From the NCBI RefSeq assembly GCF_000009045.1, contig NC_000964.3, positions 2,070,001 to 2,102,000 on the forward strand: a stretch of DNA of 32,000 bases. Reading direction: 5' to 3'. The notes below the pieces were generated by a model that worked only from the letters and a program-made list of their open reading frames with translations, had not been told where the DNA came from and did not search any database. The stretch is from Bacillus subtilis subsp. subtilis str. 168 (GTDB taxonomy: Bacteria; Bacillota; Bacilli; Bacillales; Bacillaceae). Shown piece by piece: positions 1 to 11,752 of this stretch (positions within the stretch are counted from its first letter, which is position 1; each line of letters starts with the position of its first letter). A program made the translations under genes and the position numbers.

Positions 1-49
1 TACCTAGAACCACATCGAGCAAGCCCTTTGATGGGCAACTTTTTGTACA

Positions 50-84
50 GAGCCGGGGTGTTGGTAGCACCTCGGTCTTTTTTA
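50..84 (+). terminator. Rho-independent terminator of a transcript entering from the left edge (possibly a BsrE/TxpA-family type I toxin mRNA or its neighbour)
   Basis: Stem GCCGGGGTG / CACCTCGGT with loop TTGGTAG, followed by CTTTTTTTATTTT. Confidence 0.7.
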
Positions 85-243
85 TTTTATGCATTTCTCA
101 TTAAAGAAATGCACTGTAATGTATTGTAAAACTGATTATAACACATTTTCCGTGAAATGCATTACAATAAACCTCAAGAGACTTGGAAAGCTTTTTTATT
201 GTTTCTTGTAACGTTATAATGATCTAAAATAGCGCACAAGCCT

Positions 244-1086
244 TTATACATCTTCATCATTTCTTACTCTTCTAGCTCGTCTTTCAACATTCCAATTCCC
301 AATCTTTCCCCAGACATTCTTGTTAGTCCATTTCCCTAGCTTAGTTTTATCAAACCATTCCTGAAACAAAGATATTTCATCTTTCCTTTGCATTGTATCT
401 TTTAAAAGGAAATAATGTATTATCCAAAAGATATAAAGAGCTGAACAAGAAAGTCCAAAAATAAGTTTATTTACCTCTAACCAATTTCCTAAAACTTGTT
501 CGCCTAAATATTTATCATATAGAAGGGGTATAAAAGCAAATGCTGAAGCACCGACAAAAAAAGCTAGAGTTTCTTTAAACCATCTAACAAAAACAAAAAC
601 AGCGCTTAAAATATAATTCGTTCTAAAAAGAACTTTATACCAATTATAATTCTTGTTTAGAGTAACAAATATACTTCTATATTCTTTATTAACTGCTTGA
701 TCTAACATTCTCATTTTATAAAATAATTTTTTCCTATTCTCGCTGTTCTTGTTTAAAATATACTCTCTGAAACAATCTTCTGTATTCAAAATTTGATCTA
801 TCAATAAGATGTTTCTAAGTTTTGATAGCTTCCCCTTTTTCCCACTATATTCTTCGAAAAATTTTTCTATAAGGACCATTTTATGGTTTTCATCTTCTTC
901 ATTCTTTATTTCTTTTAGGGAATAATACATAGGCTCTAAAATTTTTTCTAATGTTTCACCTGATTGAGAGTAGAATCGTTCTATACTTTTTTGTCTTTGA
1001 TTGAATAGCAATGCAACTATACCCGTAATTACTGCAGTAAGAATACCATTTTGTTGTATCCAATTCCAAATATCTAATAACTCCAA
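244..1086 (-). CDS. yobJ: YobJ, uncharacterised protein with N-terminal and central hydrophobic helices
   Basis: 280-aa ORF; predicted membrane segments near the N-terminus (ILTAVITGIVALLF) and centre (YILSAVFVFVRWF, LAFFVGASAFAFIPLL, LIFGLSCSALYIFWIIHYFLL). Confidence 0.85.
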   Translation of the reverse strand: MELLDIWNWIQQNGILTAVITGIVALLFNQRQKSIERFYSQSGETLEKILEPMYYSLKEIKNEEDENHKMVLIEKFFEEYSGKKGKLSKLRNILLIDQILNTEDCFREYILNKNSENRKKLFYKMRMLDQAVNKEYRSIFVTLNKNYNWYKVLFRTNYILSAVFVFVRWFKETLAFFVGASAFAFIPLLYDKYLGEQVLGNWLEVNKLIFGLSCSALYIFWIIHYFLLKDTMQRKDEISLFQEWFDKTKLGKWTNKNVWGKIGNWNVERRARRVRNDEDV

Positions 1087-1194
1087 TTAAGCTTCTCCCC
1101 TTCTCTCTGAATTTACTTTTAATACGGGCTAAAATAAAAAAGGTTTCATATAAAACGGGACTAGAAAACTTCTGTCACTTTAATTATTTAATCC

Positions 1195-1231
1195 AATAAA
1201 ATAAGCTCTCATTGCGAGAGCTTATTTTATT
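1195..1231 (-). terminator. Intrinsic terminator downstream of yobK (near-symmetric)
   Basis: AATAAAATAAGCTCTC-ATTGC-GAGAGCTTATTTTATT inverted repeat with A/T tracts on both sides. Confidence 0.75.
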
Positions 1232-1285
1232 TAGATTGAGGATGTGCAACTCAAGCCTTCTATTGCGCTATAGCAATACTTTTGC

Positions 1286-1744
1286 TTAATCGTCCCAGTC
1301 TTCATCCTCATCCCAGTCATCTTTCGCTTCCTGAATCTTATTATAAAAAAATTCAATAAAGCTGTCTGCAACAGTATCTTGATAACCAATTACCCTATCC
1401 CATTCAACTACAGGGCATTCTCCGTCTTTCATTTTATTTGTATCTAGACAGTAAGCAAAGTAATCAACATCTTCAATAACCACAAGTCCATCAGTAAGGC
1501 CATAGTGTTCTTTATATTCATTAGTTCTATTTACAACTGATGCATGATCAAAGTTGTAGCCTAAAACCAAAACGCCGAATAAACCACCAGCACCGTATTT
1601 TTCTAAAAACCATTTATAACTGTTGGGGAGATCGCATTGGAGGTTTTCTTCAATGCGACCAATGTTTTCATGACTTGCACCTTCTGTAAATATAGCATTT
1701 TGTTTATTTTCATTAATAAAGTTCTCAACCTTCGAATAAATCAT
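1286..1744 (-). CDS. yobK: SUKH (SMI1/KNR4) family immunity protein, cognate to YobL
   Basis: 152-aa ORF with SUKH-like motifs ([31 protein letters not shown]) and a highly acidic C-terminus; immediately downstream of the LXG toxin gene. Confidence 0.93.
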
Positions 1745-1753
1745 ATAAACACC

Positions 1754-3574
<1,821 letters not shown>

Positions 3575-3657
3575 CTACTTCTATGTAAATTTTACCACAG
3601 TAATCTAATTGAATAACAGAAAAAGACAGCCAAAATGACTGTCTTATACATCACACA

Positions 3658-4221
3658 CTATCTTGTTCTATAATAATTTTCTGCGGTATAGTAGCGCCAA
3701 TCCCAAAAAGGTTCCCCATTGGCCAATATATACCGGTCTAAAAATTTTTCAAAGTTTAAATTTAATGGATTATATTCTAAACCACTTTCAAATATATAGA
3801 GATAGTTGGGATCACCTTGGTTCACTTTATCTTTATCGATCATTAAATGGCATTCTTCCAATAAGTAGCCAATTGGAATACCATTGATATCTTCAAACAA
3901 ATCTTCATATTTTAACTCCTCTTCAATCTCTTCAAGGCTAAATAGCTGAAGTCCTCCACCTATATTCTCCCCATCAGAAAGAATCTCAAAAATTTTCGCA
4001 CCGTTATGTAGTGTCATGAACTTCTGATAATCCTGTGGAAGGGTAAGCTGGTGTTTAGCCTCAAAGCTTTGAATGTCATTCAGGGTTGCTTTGTCCTGTG
4101 AAAAAGTAACAAGGAACTCCATGATATCACCTTCTGAACAAAACAATTTAATGGCTCCTTTTTCGTCTAAAAGACTTTTCAAGCCATTTACAGTCTTATG
4201 AACAAAGTTAGTCACATACAT
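3658..4221 (-). CDS. yobM: SUKH-like domain protein YobM (possible orphan immunity protein)
   Basis: 187 aa from the internal ATG (MYVTNFVHK...). The 253-aa ORF extends further 5' without good support. Motif [35 protein letters not shown] is SUKH-like. RBS-like AAGGAAAT upstream. Confidence 0.8.
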   Translation of the reverse strand: MYVTNFVHKTVNGLKSLLDEKGAIKLFCSEGDIMEFLVTFSQDKATLNDIQSFEAKHQLTLPQDYQKFMTLHNGAKIFEILSDGENIGGGLQLFSLEEIEEELKYEDLFEDINGIPIGYLLEECHLMIDKDKVNQGDPNYLYIFESGLEYNPLNLNFEKFLDRYILANGEPFWDWRYYTAENYYRTR

Positions 4222-4342
4222 CACCCCTTTATTTCCTTTTAACAATAACCTTTCAAATTCCAAAAGATGTGAACAGATCGTGATAGGTGCTCTTTTCAGT
4301 GAATATAATGCAATAAATTCTAAAAAGAGGTGCCTCCAAAAA

Positions 4343-5779
4343 TTGAATTCTCTAATGAATGATGACATGGTAAAGATCATTAGAAATGGCCTTAGCGCAT
4401 CGCAGCATCCAAAGCACATTCTTGTTATAGGAGCTGGATTGTCCGGGCTTGTATCAGCATCTTTGTTGAAAAATGCCGGTCACAGAGTAACGATTCTCGA
4501 AGCGAGCGGCAGAGCGGGCGGCCGTGTCTGCACTTTGAGATCTCCCTTTAGTGATGATTTGTATTTCAACGCTGGCCCGATGCGCATACCGAATAACCAT
4601 TCGTTAACCTTAGAATATATCAAAAAATTCAAATTGCCAACAAATGTATTTATCAACAGAACCCCGATGGACATCATTTATGCAAATGGAATCAAAACAC
4701 GTCTCCAAGTTTTTGAACGAGCTCCTGGAATATTGAGATATCCAGTTGCACCAAATGAACAAGGGAAAACGTCTGAAGAGCTGATGCTTTCTTTACTGCA
4801 GCCTATTCTAAATTTTATCAATCAAAATCCAGCAAGAAATTGGCGGATTGTCGAAGAACAATACAAAAATCATTCGTTAAGCTCTTTTTTAAACACGTAT
4901 TTTTCATATGGCGCGATCGATATGATCGGTGTACTTTTGGATATGGAAGCGTATATGGGGATGTCCCTTGTTGAAGTATTGCGGGAATCTATCTTTTTTT
5001 CATCCCCCGCTCACTTCTATGAGATAACTGGCGGTATGGATCTGCTGCCTCACGCGTTTCTTCCTCAATTAAAAACAAACATTCTATACCATCAAAAAAT
5101 GATGAAAATGTCTCAGGGTGAAAATCGTGTTACGATCCATTGTCAGCATCAACAAACGGCAGAATTCACATCATTCACAGCTGATCTCGCTATTGTAACC
5201 ATTCCTTTTTCAACATTGCGATTTGTAAAAGTCGAACCATACCATTCATTCTCTTACTATAAACGGAGGGCCATCCGTGAGCTAAACTATATCAGTGCAA
5301 CAAAAATCGGCATAGAGTTTAAAAGCCGATTTTGGGAAAAAGCCGGTCAGCACGGCGGCAAATCTATTACTGATCTTCCGATTCGTTTTTCATATTATCC
5401 AAGCAGAAATATTGGAGCAAATGGACATGCTGTCATTCTGGCCAGCTATACATGGGCCGATGAGGCACTGATATGGGACAGTCTTTCAGAAGGAGAGCGA
5501 ATCCAGTATACTTTACTGAATTTATCTGAAATCTATGGTGATATTGTGTGGTCTGAATTTGTGTCTGGCACTTCTTTTAGCTGGAGCCAGTACCCGTATT
5601 CTGCGGGAGGTTTTACAGCTTTCGAACCAGGACAAGAATTAGAGCTGTATCCCTATATTCCTGTCCCTGAGGGCAGAGTTCATTTCGCCGGAGAACACGC
5701 CTCACTCACTCATGCGTGGATGCAAGGCGCGATTGAATCTGGAATACGTGTTGCTTATGAGGTCAATCGCTTACCTTAG
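4343..5779 (+). CDS. yobN: FAD-dependent amine/L-amino-acid oxidase family protein
   Basis: Rossmann motif [37 protein letters not shown] and C-terminal [29 protein letters not shown]. Proposed TTG start at 4343 preceded by AAAGAGGTG; the track ORF begins at 4280. Confidence 0.9.
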   Translation: MNSLMNDDMVKIIRNGLSASQHPKHILVIGAGLSGLVSASLLKNAGHRVTILEASGRAGGRVCTLRSPFSDDLYFNAGPMRIPNNHSLTLEYIKKFKLPTNVFINRTPMDIIYANGIKTRLQVFERAPGILRYPVAPNEQGKTSEELMLSLLQPILNFINQNPARNWRIVEEQYKNHSLSSFLNTYFSYGAIDMIGVLLDMEAYMGMSLVEVLRESIFFSSPAHFYEITGGMDLLPHAFLPQLKTNILYHQKMMKMSQGENRVTIHCQHQQTAEFTSFTADLAIVTIPFSTLRFVKVEPYHSFSYYKRRAIRELNYISATKIGIEFKSRFWEKAGQHGGKSITDLPIRFSYYPSRNIGANGHAVILASYTWADEALIWDSLSEGERIQYTLLNLSEIYGDIVWSEFVSGTSFSWSQYPYSAGGFTAFEPGQELELYPYIPVPEGRVHFAGEHASLTHAWMQGAIESGIRVAYEVNRLP

Positions 5780-6205
5780 ATCATGCTCACATCTTGTTAA
5801 AACTGGTTGATATAAAAAGAAGTGAAGAATTTATACTCCTTTGTTTAAAAGATTAATTCAAATATGGGATGTCTCAACATTCGGTTCTTTATTATCTTTA
5901 TACACGTTTTGAATGCGGACCTCCCTTTTCTTCCATAATCATTAATAAATACCCAACCATAGGAAACGTTTTAATTAACCATCGGGCGAACTTTCTTTCA
6001 CTGTATAACGATTCTTAATGTTGCTTTTTATCCTTTACTTGTCCTCTCTTTTTTTCATTGACTTACATTTCTTGAAAACCAGTATAAATCCTAAAGGAAT
6101 TTTGTAACAAATACAGAATTGGAAAGAGAAGCGCCAAAAGAAATGCTAACTCCTTATCTCAAAGACAAAACTGCGCTTATATTAAAAGAAAGAGGTGTCT
6201 TTAGA

Positions 6206-8626
6206 ATGGTTCATTTTAAAAACTGCCCTGATCCTTCTCTAAACGCCAATTCTCAGTCTCACCCCGAATTTTCATCCGAATTAGAACATATTAAGACAAG
6301 AATGCAAAACTTTATTAAGCACTCGGTTACAGACCAAAATATCGAAGTTACTGACGCAAGGGTGACGGCCGAAGGAGAGGTCACCTCTCTTTTAAAAGAA
6401 CGTCTCGACAAGGAATATTATAGGCTTTTATCTAAAATCACCCGGGAAGTAAATGTGGCTGACTTCGGCGCTGTTCCAGATGGAAGAGACAATACTGAAG
6501 CTTTTCGAAAAGCAATCGGGAATGGCCGAGTCAAAGTACATGTTCCAGCGGGAGAATACCTCGTTCAAGGGATTAAACTTCCATCTTGGACAACAATTGT
6601 TGGACAAGGTAAAGGGATCACAGTGATTAAATTGCATGAAGACACTCCAGCGCATGAATGGGTGATTACAAATGATGATTATCAAAATGGAAATCGCAAT
6701 ATTTTTGTCCAAGGAATGTCATTAGACTGGAATCCAAGTAGACAATGCGGTGTGAGAAATCCAGGGGGACAGTTCTCCAGTTGTTTAACTTTTGCTAAGG
6801 TTGAATATGGGTGGATCAAAGATGTGGAAGCGATTAACGCAGGTCTTCATGGTATTGATATTACATCGCCAACGTATGACCATTTGCCTGATACCGATTG
6901 GACAAAAGACGGATCAAGATATATTTGGATCGATAACTGTGTGACATATGGTTCAGGAGACGACGGCATTACCACCCATTATAGCGAATACATCTTTATT
7001 TCAAACTGCCATTCAGGAAATCCGCGGGGAACAGAATTTGCTGAAGGTGTTTCAAACTCCAACGGAATAGAAATTGACGACGGCTCTAGGCATGTGTGGC
7101 TTTTGAATAACTTTACAAGCGGCAACATCCGCGGAGTTGAAGTAAAAGCCCATGAACTGTGGCCAGCCTCTCAAAACGTCCATATCATAGGCCATATTTC
7201 TTATCGCGATGTTCGTGCATTTGATCTTCGTCATATTGGTCACCATCAAATTACAGATCCTGAAAGCACAACAGCATACGATGTCACACTCATTGATTGT
7301 TCAGCAGTTGAACCAGTTTTCAACTCGCTTTACGATGCTGTGACCCCAAGAGCGCTGGTTATTTCGGCATATAAAAACGTTAATGTAAGCGGATTCACAG
7401 CGATTGGTGATCCAGACTATGATTATAAAGAAAACCCTGTCGTAGCCTTGCAATATCGCAGCCAAAATATAACCATTAATGGTATTAAAATTCGCGGTTT
7501 TAAAAAAGCCGGTGTTGATATTAATTTATCAGGCGGATCAAATAAAACTGATTATATTAAAATTTCAAATTTTGATATTTATAAATCTGCTCCAAAAGGA
7601 ATTTCAATCGGTGGAGGCCTCTACAATGTCAATATTCTAAATGGAACGATGATTACTGACAATGGGACAGTTGCAATTCAGTCCCCCAATAATCAGGCCA
7701 CAATTCTCGGTGTACAATCAGAAGGTTATAGTGTGGCAGCCTCAATCAAAGGCCAAACATACCAACAAGTTCCAATCAATTTGAAAGGAGGCATACAGCT
7801 TGCAACGACCTCTGGCTTTGCCGTTAACCAAACAAGCGCAGTTATAGCAGGTACCGGCGACATTACGGCCCGCGGAGAAAGAAATGCGGTCATTAGCTCT
7901 TCTGGAGGCTCCAGTACTGAAGGCTCTCGCGCATTAATCGCTTCTTCAAATAACGCACATATTAGAGGAAACCAAGCGTCAAGAACAATACTGTCTTCTG
8001 AAAATATTATACTTGAGGAACCATACACCGTGGCAGGAGGTCATCAATCAATAAAGTGGCTTCTTGACTCTGTTCGGGGAAACGGGACGTTTGCCGGTGC
8101 AATCAGTTCTTCTTTAGGTGGATATGGAGAGTATTTTGAGAGTTCAACTGGACAGTTAATCCATACTGGTACAATCGTGACTTTAAGAGGTGAAAAAATT
8201 GTGCCCGCGAATGTTGGAGATTATATGCTTGGCGTTATTTCAGAAACTTCAGCTTTCATTTCAGGAGCCTCCAGTTTCGTCTGGCAGGGCCGTTATTTGA
8301 CAAATGAGTTCGGCGGATTTATTTATGAAACGGTGACTGATGAGGAAAGCGGTGAACTCATACGTGTTCCCAAACAAAATCCAGACTACGATACAGCGCT
8401 GGAGGCAAATTATCATTCACGGGCAGCAAGAGACGAATGGCACGTTGTAGGGTTGGTTGGCCAACATTATGTGCGTATTGACGAAACTGTCAATCAAGGA
8501 GATTATCTTACGGCACATAATGGAATAGGAACAAAAGCCACTGAAGGAAGCTGGAAAGTAATGAAAATAACCTCTGCTTACACATCAGAAAAAGGGTATG
8601 GTATCGCTCTAACCGTCATCAAATAG
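6206..8626 (+). CDS. yobO: Phage pre-neck-appendage-like protein: pectate-lyase-like beta-helix plus C-terminal autoproteolytic (Peptidase_G2-like) chaperone domain
   Basis: 806 aa from the internal ATG at 6206 (RBS AAAGAGGTG). VNVADFGAVPDGRDNTEAFRKAI motif, right-handed beta-helix repeats, and a C-terminus resembling phi29 gp12-type appendage tails. Confidence 0.9.
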   Translation: MVHFKNCPDPSLNANSQSHPEFSSELEHIKTRMQNFIKHSVTDQNIEVTDARVTAEGEVTSLLKERLDKEYYRLLSKITREVNVADFGAVPDGRDNTEAFRKAIGNGRVKVHVPAGEYLVQGIKLPSWTTIVGQGKGITVIKLHEDTPAHEWVITNDDYQNGNRNIFVQGMSLDWNPSRQCGVRNPGGQFSSCLTFAKVEYGWIKDVEAINAGLHGIDITSPTYDHLPDTDWTKDGSRYIWIDNCVTYGSGDDGITTHYSEYIFISNCHSGNPRGTEFAEGVSNSNGIEIDDGSRHVWLLNNFTSGNIRGVEVKAHELWPASQNVHIIGHISYRDVRAFDLRHIGHHQITDPESTTAYDVTLIDCSAVEPVFNSLYDAVTPRALVISAYKNVNVSGFTAIGDPDYDYKENPVVALQYRSQNITINGIKIRGFKKAGVDINLSGGSNKTDYIKISNFDIYKSAPKGISIGGGLYNVNILNGTMITDNGTVAIQSPNNQATILGVQSEGYSVAASIKGQTYQQVPINLKGGIQLATTSGFAVNQTSAVIAGTGDITARGERNAVISSSGGSSTEGSRALIASSNNAHIRGNQASRTILSSENIILEEPYTVAGGHQSIKWLLDSVRGNGTFAGAISSSLGGYGEYFESSTGQLIHTGTIVTLRGEKIVPANVGDYMLGVISETSAFISGASSFVWQGRYLTNEFGGFIYETVTDEESGELIRVPKQNPDYDTALEANYHSRAARDEWHVVGLVGQHYVRIDETVNQGDYLTAHNGIGTKATEGSWKVMKITSAYTSEKGYGIALTVIK

Positions 8627-9059
8627 TGGATACGCCGACCAGTTCAATATATGTTTATCCAAATAATTAGATCTCTTTTCTAGGTTCTTTATTCCTTGTA
8701 TGTTATTATCAATTTTCAATATCTACCAAAATACCCCTAATATACTATCGTAATTAACTTATATTATAATCAAAAAAATTTTGACAGCTGTTCCTTCTCG
8801 TTATTCATGAAAGTTGCTATTGAAATGAGTAAATGGATATCATATTAGACTTCTATAGCAAATACACCATATATATCCTTTAAGTATTTACAAATTGAAA
8901 ATGTTTCATGAGGCTTATTAAAAGTATTGTTCTTTTATCATCTGTAAGTCGATACAAACTGCATTAAGATCACACCTAAATCTCACTGAGTTTTTTCTTA
9001 CAAATAAAATGAAAACCCTTTCCATTCTAAATTCATTTCACCGTTACTAAAAGTAATCC

Positions 9060-9088
9060 TTGCATTCCTTCGCCCTCCATGCTATATT
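9060..9088 (+). promoter_or_regulatory. Sigma-A-like promoter for the small RNA between yobO and csaA
   Basis: TTGCAT (9060-9065), 17-nt spacer, TATATT (9083-9088). Literature as I recall it assigns RnaC to sigma-D, which I cannot match cleanly here. Confidence 0.45.
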
Positions 9089-9094
9089 CATATA

Positions 9095-9210
9095 GCGATG
9101 AGCTGAATTGTGTAAGCCGATGTACATGCCTTTACGGCACACACGAATGTGGCGTGTGGTGCATCGCCTCAATACGCAAAGACGTTTGCCTTAGGCAAAC
9201 GTCTTTTTTT
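9095..9210 (+). ncRNA. rnaC: Structured small RNA, RnaC/S1022-like
   Basis: Intergenic and non-coding. Long stem CGATGTAC...CACAC...GTGTGGTGCATCG, then terminator hairpin GACGTTTGCC-TTA-GGCAAACGTC-TTTTTTT (9181-9210). Location between yobO and csaA matches the known RnaC sRNA from memory. Confidence 0.7.
9181..9210 (+). terminator. Strong intrinsic terminator of the sRNA
   Basis: Perfect 10-bp stem (9181-9190/9194-9203) followed by seven T on the + strand. Confidence 0.88.
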
Positions 9211-9213
9211 GCG

Positions 9214-9546
9214 TTATCCGATTTTTGTGCCGTTTGGGACAGGCTGATCCGGCTGCAAAAGGACGACGTCGCCCTGGCCGGGTATGCCGCCGAGGACCAA
9301 GACTTCCGATTTAAATCCGGCGATCCGGCGGGGCGGAAAGTTCACGACTGCTATGACTTGCTTGTTGATGAGACCTTCCGGCTTGTAACGCTTCGTGATT
9401 TGTGCGCTCGATTGTTTTATGCCGATTTCAGTCCCAAAATCTATCACAAGCTTGATTGCCGGTACTCTTGCTTCAGGAAATTCTTCCGCTTTTACAATTG
9501 TTCCCGTTCTGATATCCAATTTCTCAAAGTCATCAATAACTGCCAT
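9214..9546 (-). CDS. csaA: CsaA, chaperone/tRNA-binding-domain (EMAP-II/OB-fold) protein
   Basis: 110 aa from [38 protein letters not shown]; characteristic tRNA-binding-domain fold sequence. Confidence 0.96.
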
Positions 9547-9610
9547 ATCAATAACTCCTTTTTCTCCTATTGTAAAGGAGATATACAATATTCTTTTAAC
9601 TAAAGAGCCA

Positions 9611-10330
9611 TCATTTTTTATCCGAATATAAGGTGTTTCGATACAGGCGGGGCGGCATTCCTGTGCTTTTCGTGAACCATCTTGTAAAAGAAGAAAGGTT
9701 TTGAAAGCCCAGCGCCTCGCTCACGACGGTAAGAGTTTCATTTCTCTCCATCAGCATTCTTTTTGCTTCCTCAAGGCGAAGGTCGGCAATATAGTTCTGC
9801 GGGGACTTCCCTGTCTGTTTTTTGAACCAGCTTGAATAGTAAGCTGGGTGATAATGCTCGATTTCTGCCAGCTTCTTAATCGTCAGCCGCTCAAATAAAT
9901 GGCTGTGAATGTATGCAATTGAGGCATAGCTATGGGATTGAAGCTTTTCTTTTATGTATTGTACTAGCATATGAAGCGAGTTGGCTGTTCCGGCCTTTGC
10001 TTCCTCTGTCAGCAAGTACCTGATCGAAGACCAGAAAGGATCGAGGGCAGCTTCAATTCCTGATCCTGCACGATACTCATCAATTTTCATTGCATGAAGC
10101 GGAACATCCAGTACAAGACATTCATTTCTTCCGATAGAACGGAAGCGATGCTCGCACTGCGGCGGAATATATAAAAAATGATCCGGATTTAATTTCACCT
10201 GGCGCCCCTCAGTCTCAAGATCAATACTCCCTTCAAGCGGAAAAAGAAATTGGCTGTACGCGTGCTTATGTGAATGATATAGCCGTGTGTATGTCCGTTT
10301 TTCGCAAATTATCTCTTGAAGCGAGTCCAT
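9611..10330 (-). CDS. yobQ: AraC/XylS family transcriptional regulator
   Basis: N-terminal cupin-like sensor and C-terminal double HTH ([32 protein letters not shown]). ATG with RBS GGAAGGGG chosen; the track ORF starts at 10354 and a TTG at codon 7 is also possible. Confidence 0.9.
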   Translation of the reverse strand: MDSLQEIICEKRTYTRLYHSHKHAYSQFLFPLEGSIDLETEGRQVKLNPDHFLYIPPQCEHRFRSIGRNECLVLDVPLHAMKIDEYRAGSGIEAALDPFWSSIRYLLTEEAKAGTANSLHMLVQYIKEKLQSHSYASIAYIHSHLFERLTIKKLAEIEHYHPAYYSSWFKKQTGKSPQNYIADLRLEEAKRMLMERNETLTVVSEALGFQNLSSFTRWFTKSTGMPPRLYRNTLYSDKK

Positions 10331-10350
10331 TAGCAAACCCCTTCCTTTGG

Positions 10351-11094
10351 TCATCTTTTAATCCGGTAATGGTGTTCCGATATAGGCGAAAAGCCGATTT
10401 TTCCATATAAAGAAACTGCCGCCAGATTTTCTTTCATCACTTGTAAAAACATGCGTTCCGCTCCGTTGTTTTTTGCCCATTCAGTCAACACCCTGATCAC
10501 TTGGGTTCCTGCCCCTTTTCCTCTGTGCTCCTCAGCTACAACGATATTACTAAGTCCGCCATAACCATCAATGACAGAAACCGTGCCAAGCGCTGTCAGG
10601 CTTTCTTTGTCATACATCTTGAAAAAAGTTTTACACGGCGGCATGCGTTCGAATATGTGTTTGTAACCTTTGTGACGCTCGGGTGAAAACCCTTCTAATT
10701 GAATAAATTCATCTATCCAAACAGATGATGGCTCTTGTTCCCACTTGTATGTAAATCGGCTGTTGTCATTTGTTCGGCTCATAATTGACCGGCACAACGC
10801 TGTCATCTGGAAGCACTCGTCTACCTTTTCATAACGGCTGTCTGCCAATGCGTCATCAAGCCCTTTCGGTGATGCGTTGCTAATATGAAAACAAACAGGT
10901 AAGCCTAAACTTTGATAAAAAAGTTCGGCCTCTAGCTGAAAATCCCCTTCAGGCATATCCGCAGACGTCCATACGCTATTTGCCCTTTTGGTTACGCCAA
11001 AATTCGCTCTGAGAAGCCATTTCCCTATGCTTTTTTGAAAATAAGCCGGCCATGAAGCTGCCGCTAATCGTTCAATCTTGCGAATGTCATCCAT
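10351..11094 (-). CDS. yobR: GNAT family N-acetyltransferase
   Basis: Motif A VSVIDGYGGLSNIVVAEEHRGKGAGTQVIRVLTEWA. Start at internal ATG with upstream GGGGAGAGG RBS. Confidence 0.9.
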   Translation of the reverse strand: MDDIRKIERLAAASWPAYFQKSIGKWLLRANFGVTKRANSVWTSADMPEGDFQLEAELFYQSLGLPVCFHISNASPKGLDDALADSRYEKVDECFQMTALCRSIMSRTNDNSRFTYKWEQEPSSVWIDEFIQLEGFSPERHKGYKHIFERMPPCKTFFKMYDKESLTALGTVSVIDGYGGLSNIVVAEEHRGKGAGTQVIRVLTEWAKNNGAERMFLQVMKENLAAVSLYGKIGFSPISEHHYRIKR

Positions 11095-11171
11095 TGCATA
11101 ATGCCTCTCCCCTATGTATACTCCCTTGATATTATACAATATTCAGAAATATAAGACATCCATTTATTTGT

Positions 11172-11747
11172 TTACATAATATTTTTATTGTTTATTAATA
11201 ATCCTGACAAAAATGTCCGAATTGAAAATGACAGGCTTTCTAAAATGTCCTCCTCACGTTCAAATGCTTCTTTTGCGATTAAAACAGTAAAGCCATGCAG
11301 CAGACTTCTGAGCCCCCTTGTCGCATGAATGGCAGTCTTTTCACTTGCATAGCCGTTTTCAATGAGCAGCTTCGTCACAAGACAGACAATTTGGTCAGAG
11401 ACGATTTCCGTCCGTTTGTCGTGAACCTTAAGAAGAGCCGCTTCATAATATCCGGGATTTTCAATTGCAAAATCAACATATGCATGAGCTAAAGAAAGCA
11501 TCGCGGAATCTCCCTTTCGTTCGGTTACGGAGTCCGCCATTTGATCAAAAAGCTTTGTCAGTCCTCTGACAGCAAGTTCTGCTCTGATCGCTTGCAGCCC
11601 GTTGATATGGTTATACAATGACGGGGGGCGAACATTCATTTTTTTAGAAAGTGCAGCAAGTGAGACACCATTTACCCCTTCCTGATCGGCAATCTCTGCT
11701 GCAGCGTCTACAATCATTTTTTGGGTCAAACCTATTCTCGGTGACAT
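11172..11747 (-). CDS. yobS: TetR/AcrR family transcriptional regulator
   Basis: N-terminal HTH (KMIVDAAAEIADQEGVNGVSLAALSKKMNVRPPSLYNHINGLQAIR). 191 aa from M4 of the track ORF. Confidence 0.9.
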   Translation of the reverse strand: MSPRIGLTQKMIVDAAAEIADQEGVNGVSLAALSKKMNVRPPSLYNHINGLQAIRAELAVRGLTKLFDQMADSVTERKGDSAMLSLAHAYVDFAIENPGYYEAALLKVHDKRTEIVSDQIVCLVTKLLIENGYASEKTAIHATRGLRSLLHGFTVLIAKEAFEREEDILESLSFSIRTFLSGLLINNKNIM

Positions 11748-11752
11748 GCTCA

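Noticed and set aside
3658-4419. Full 253-aa version of YobM
   Set aside because: The N-terminal 66 residues overlap the yobN start region and lack a supported start; the internal ATG at 4221 gives the SUKH-like protein.
9079-9603. 174-aa + strand ORF
   Set aside because: Antisense to csaA and overlapping the structured sRNA/terminator; the protein sequence shows no family character, while the minus-strand frame is a clear CsaA.
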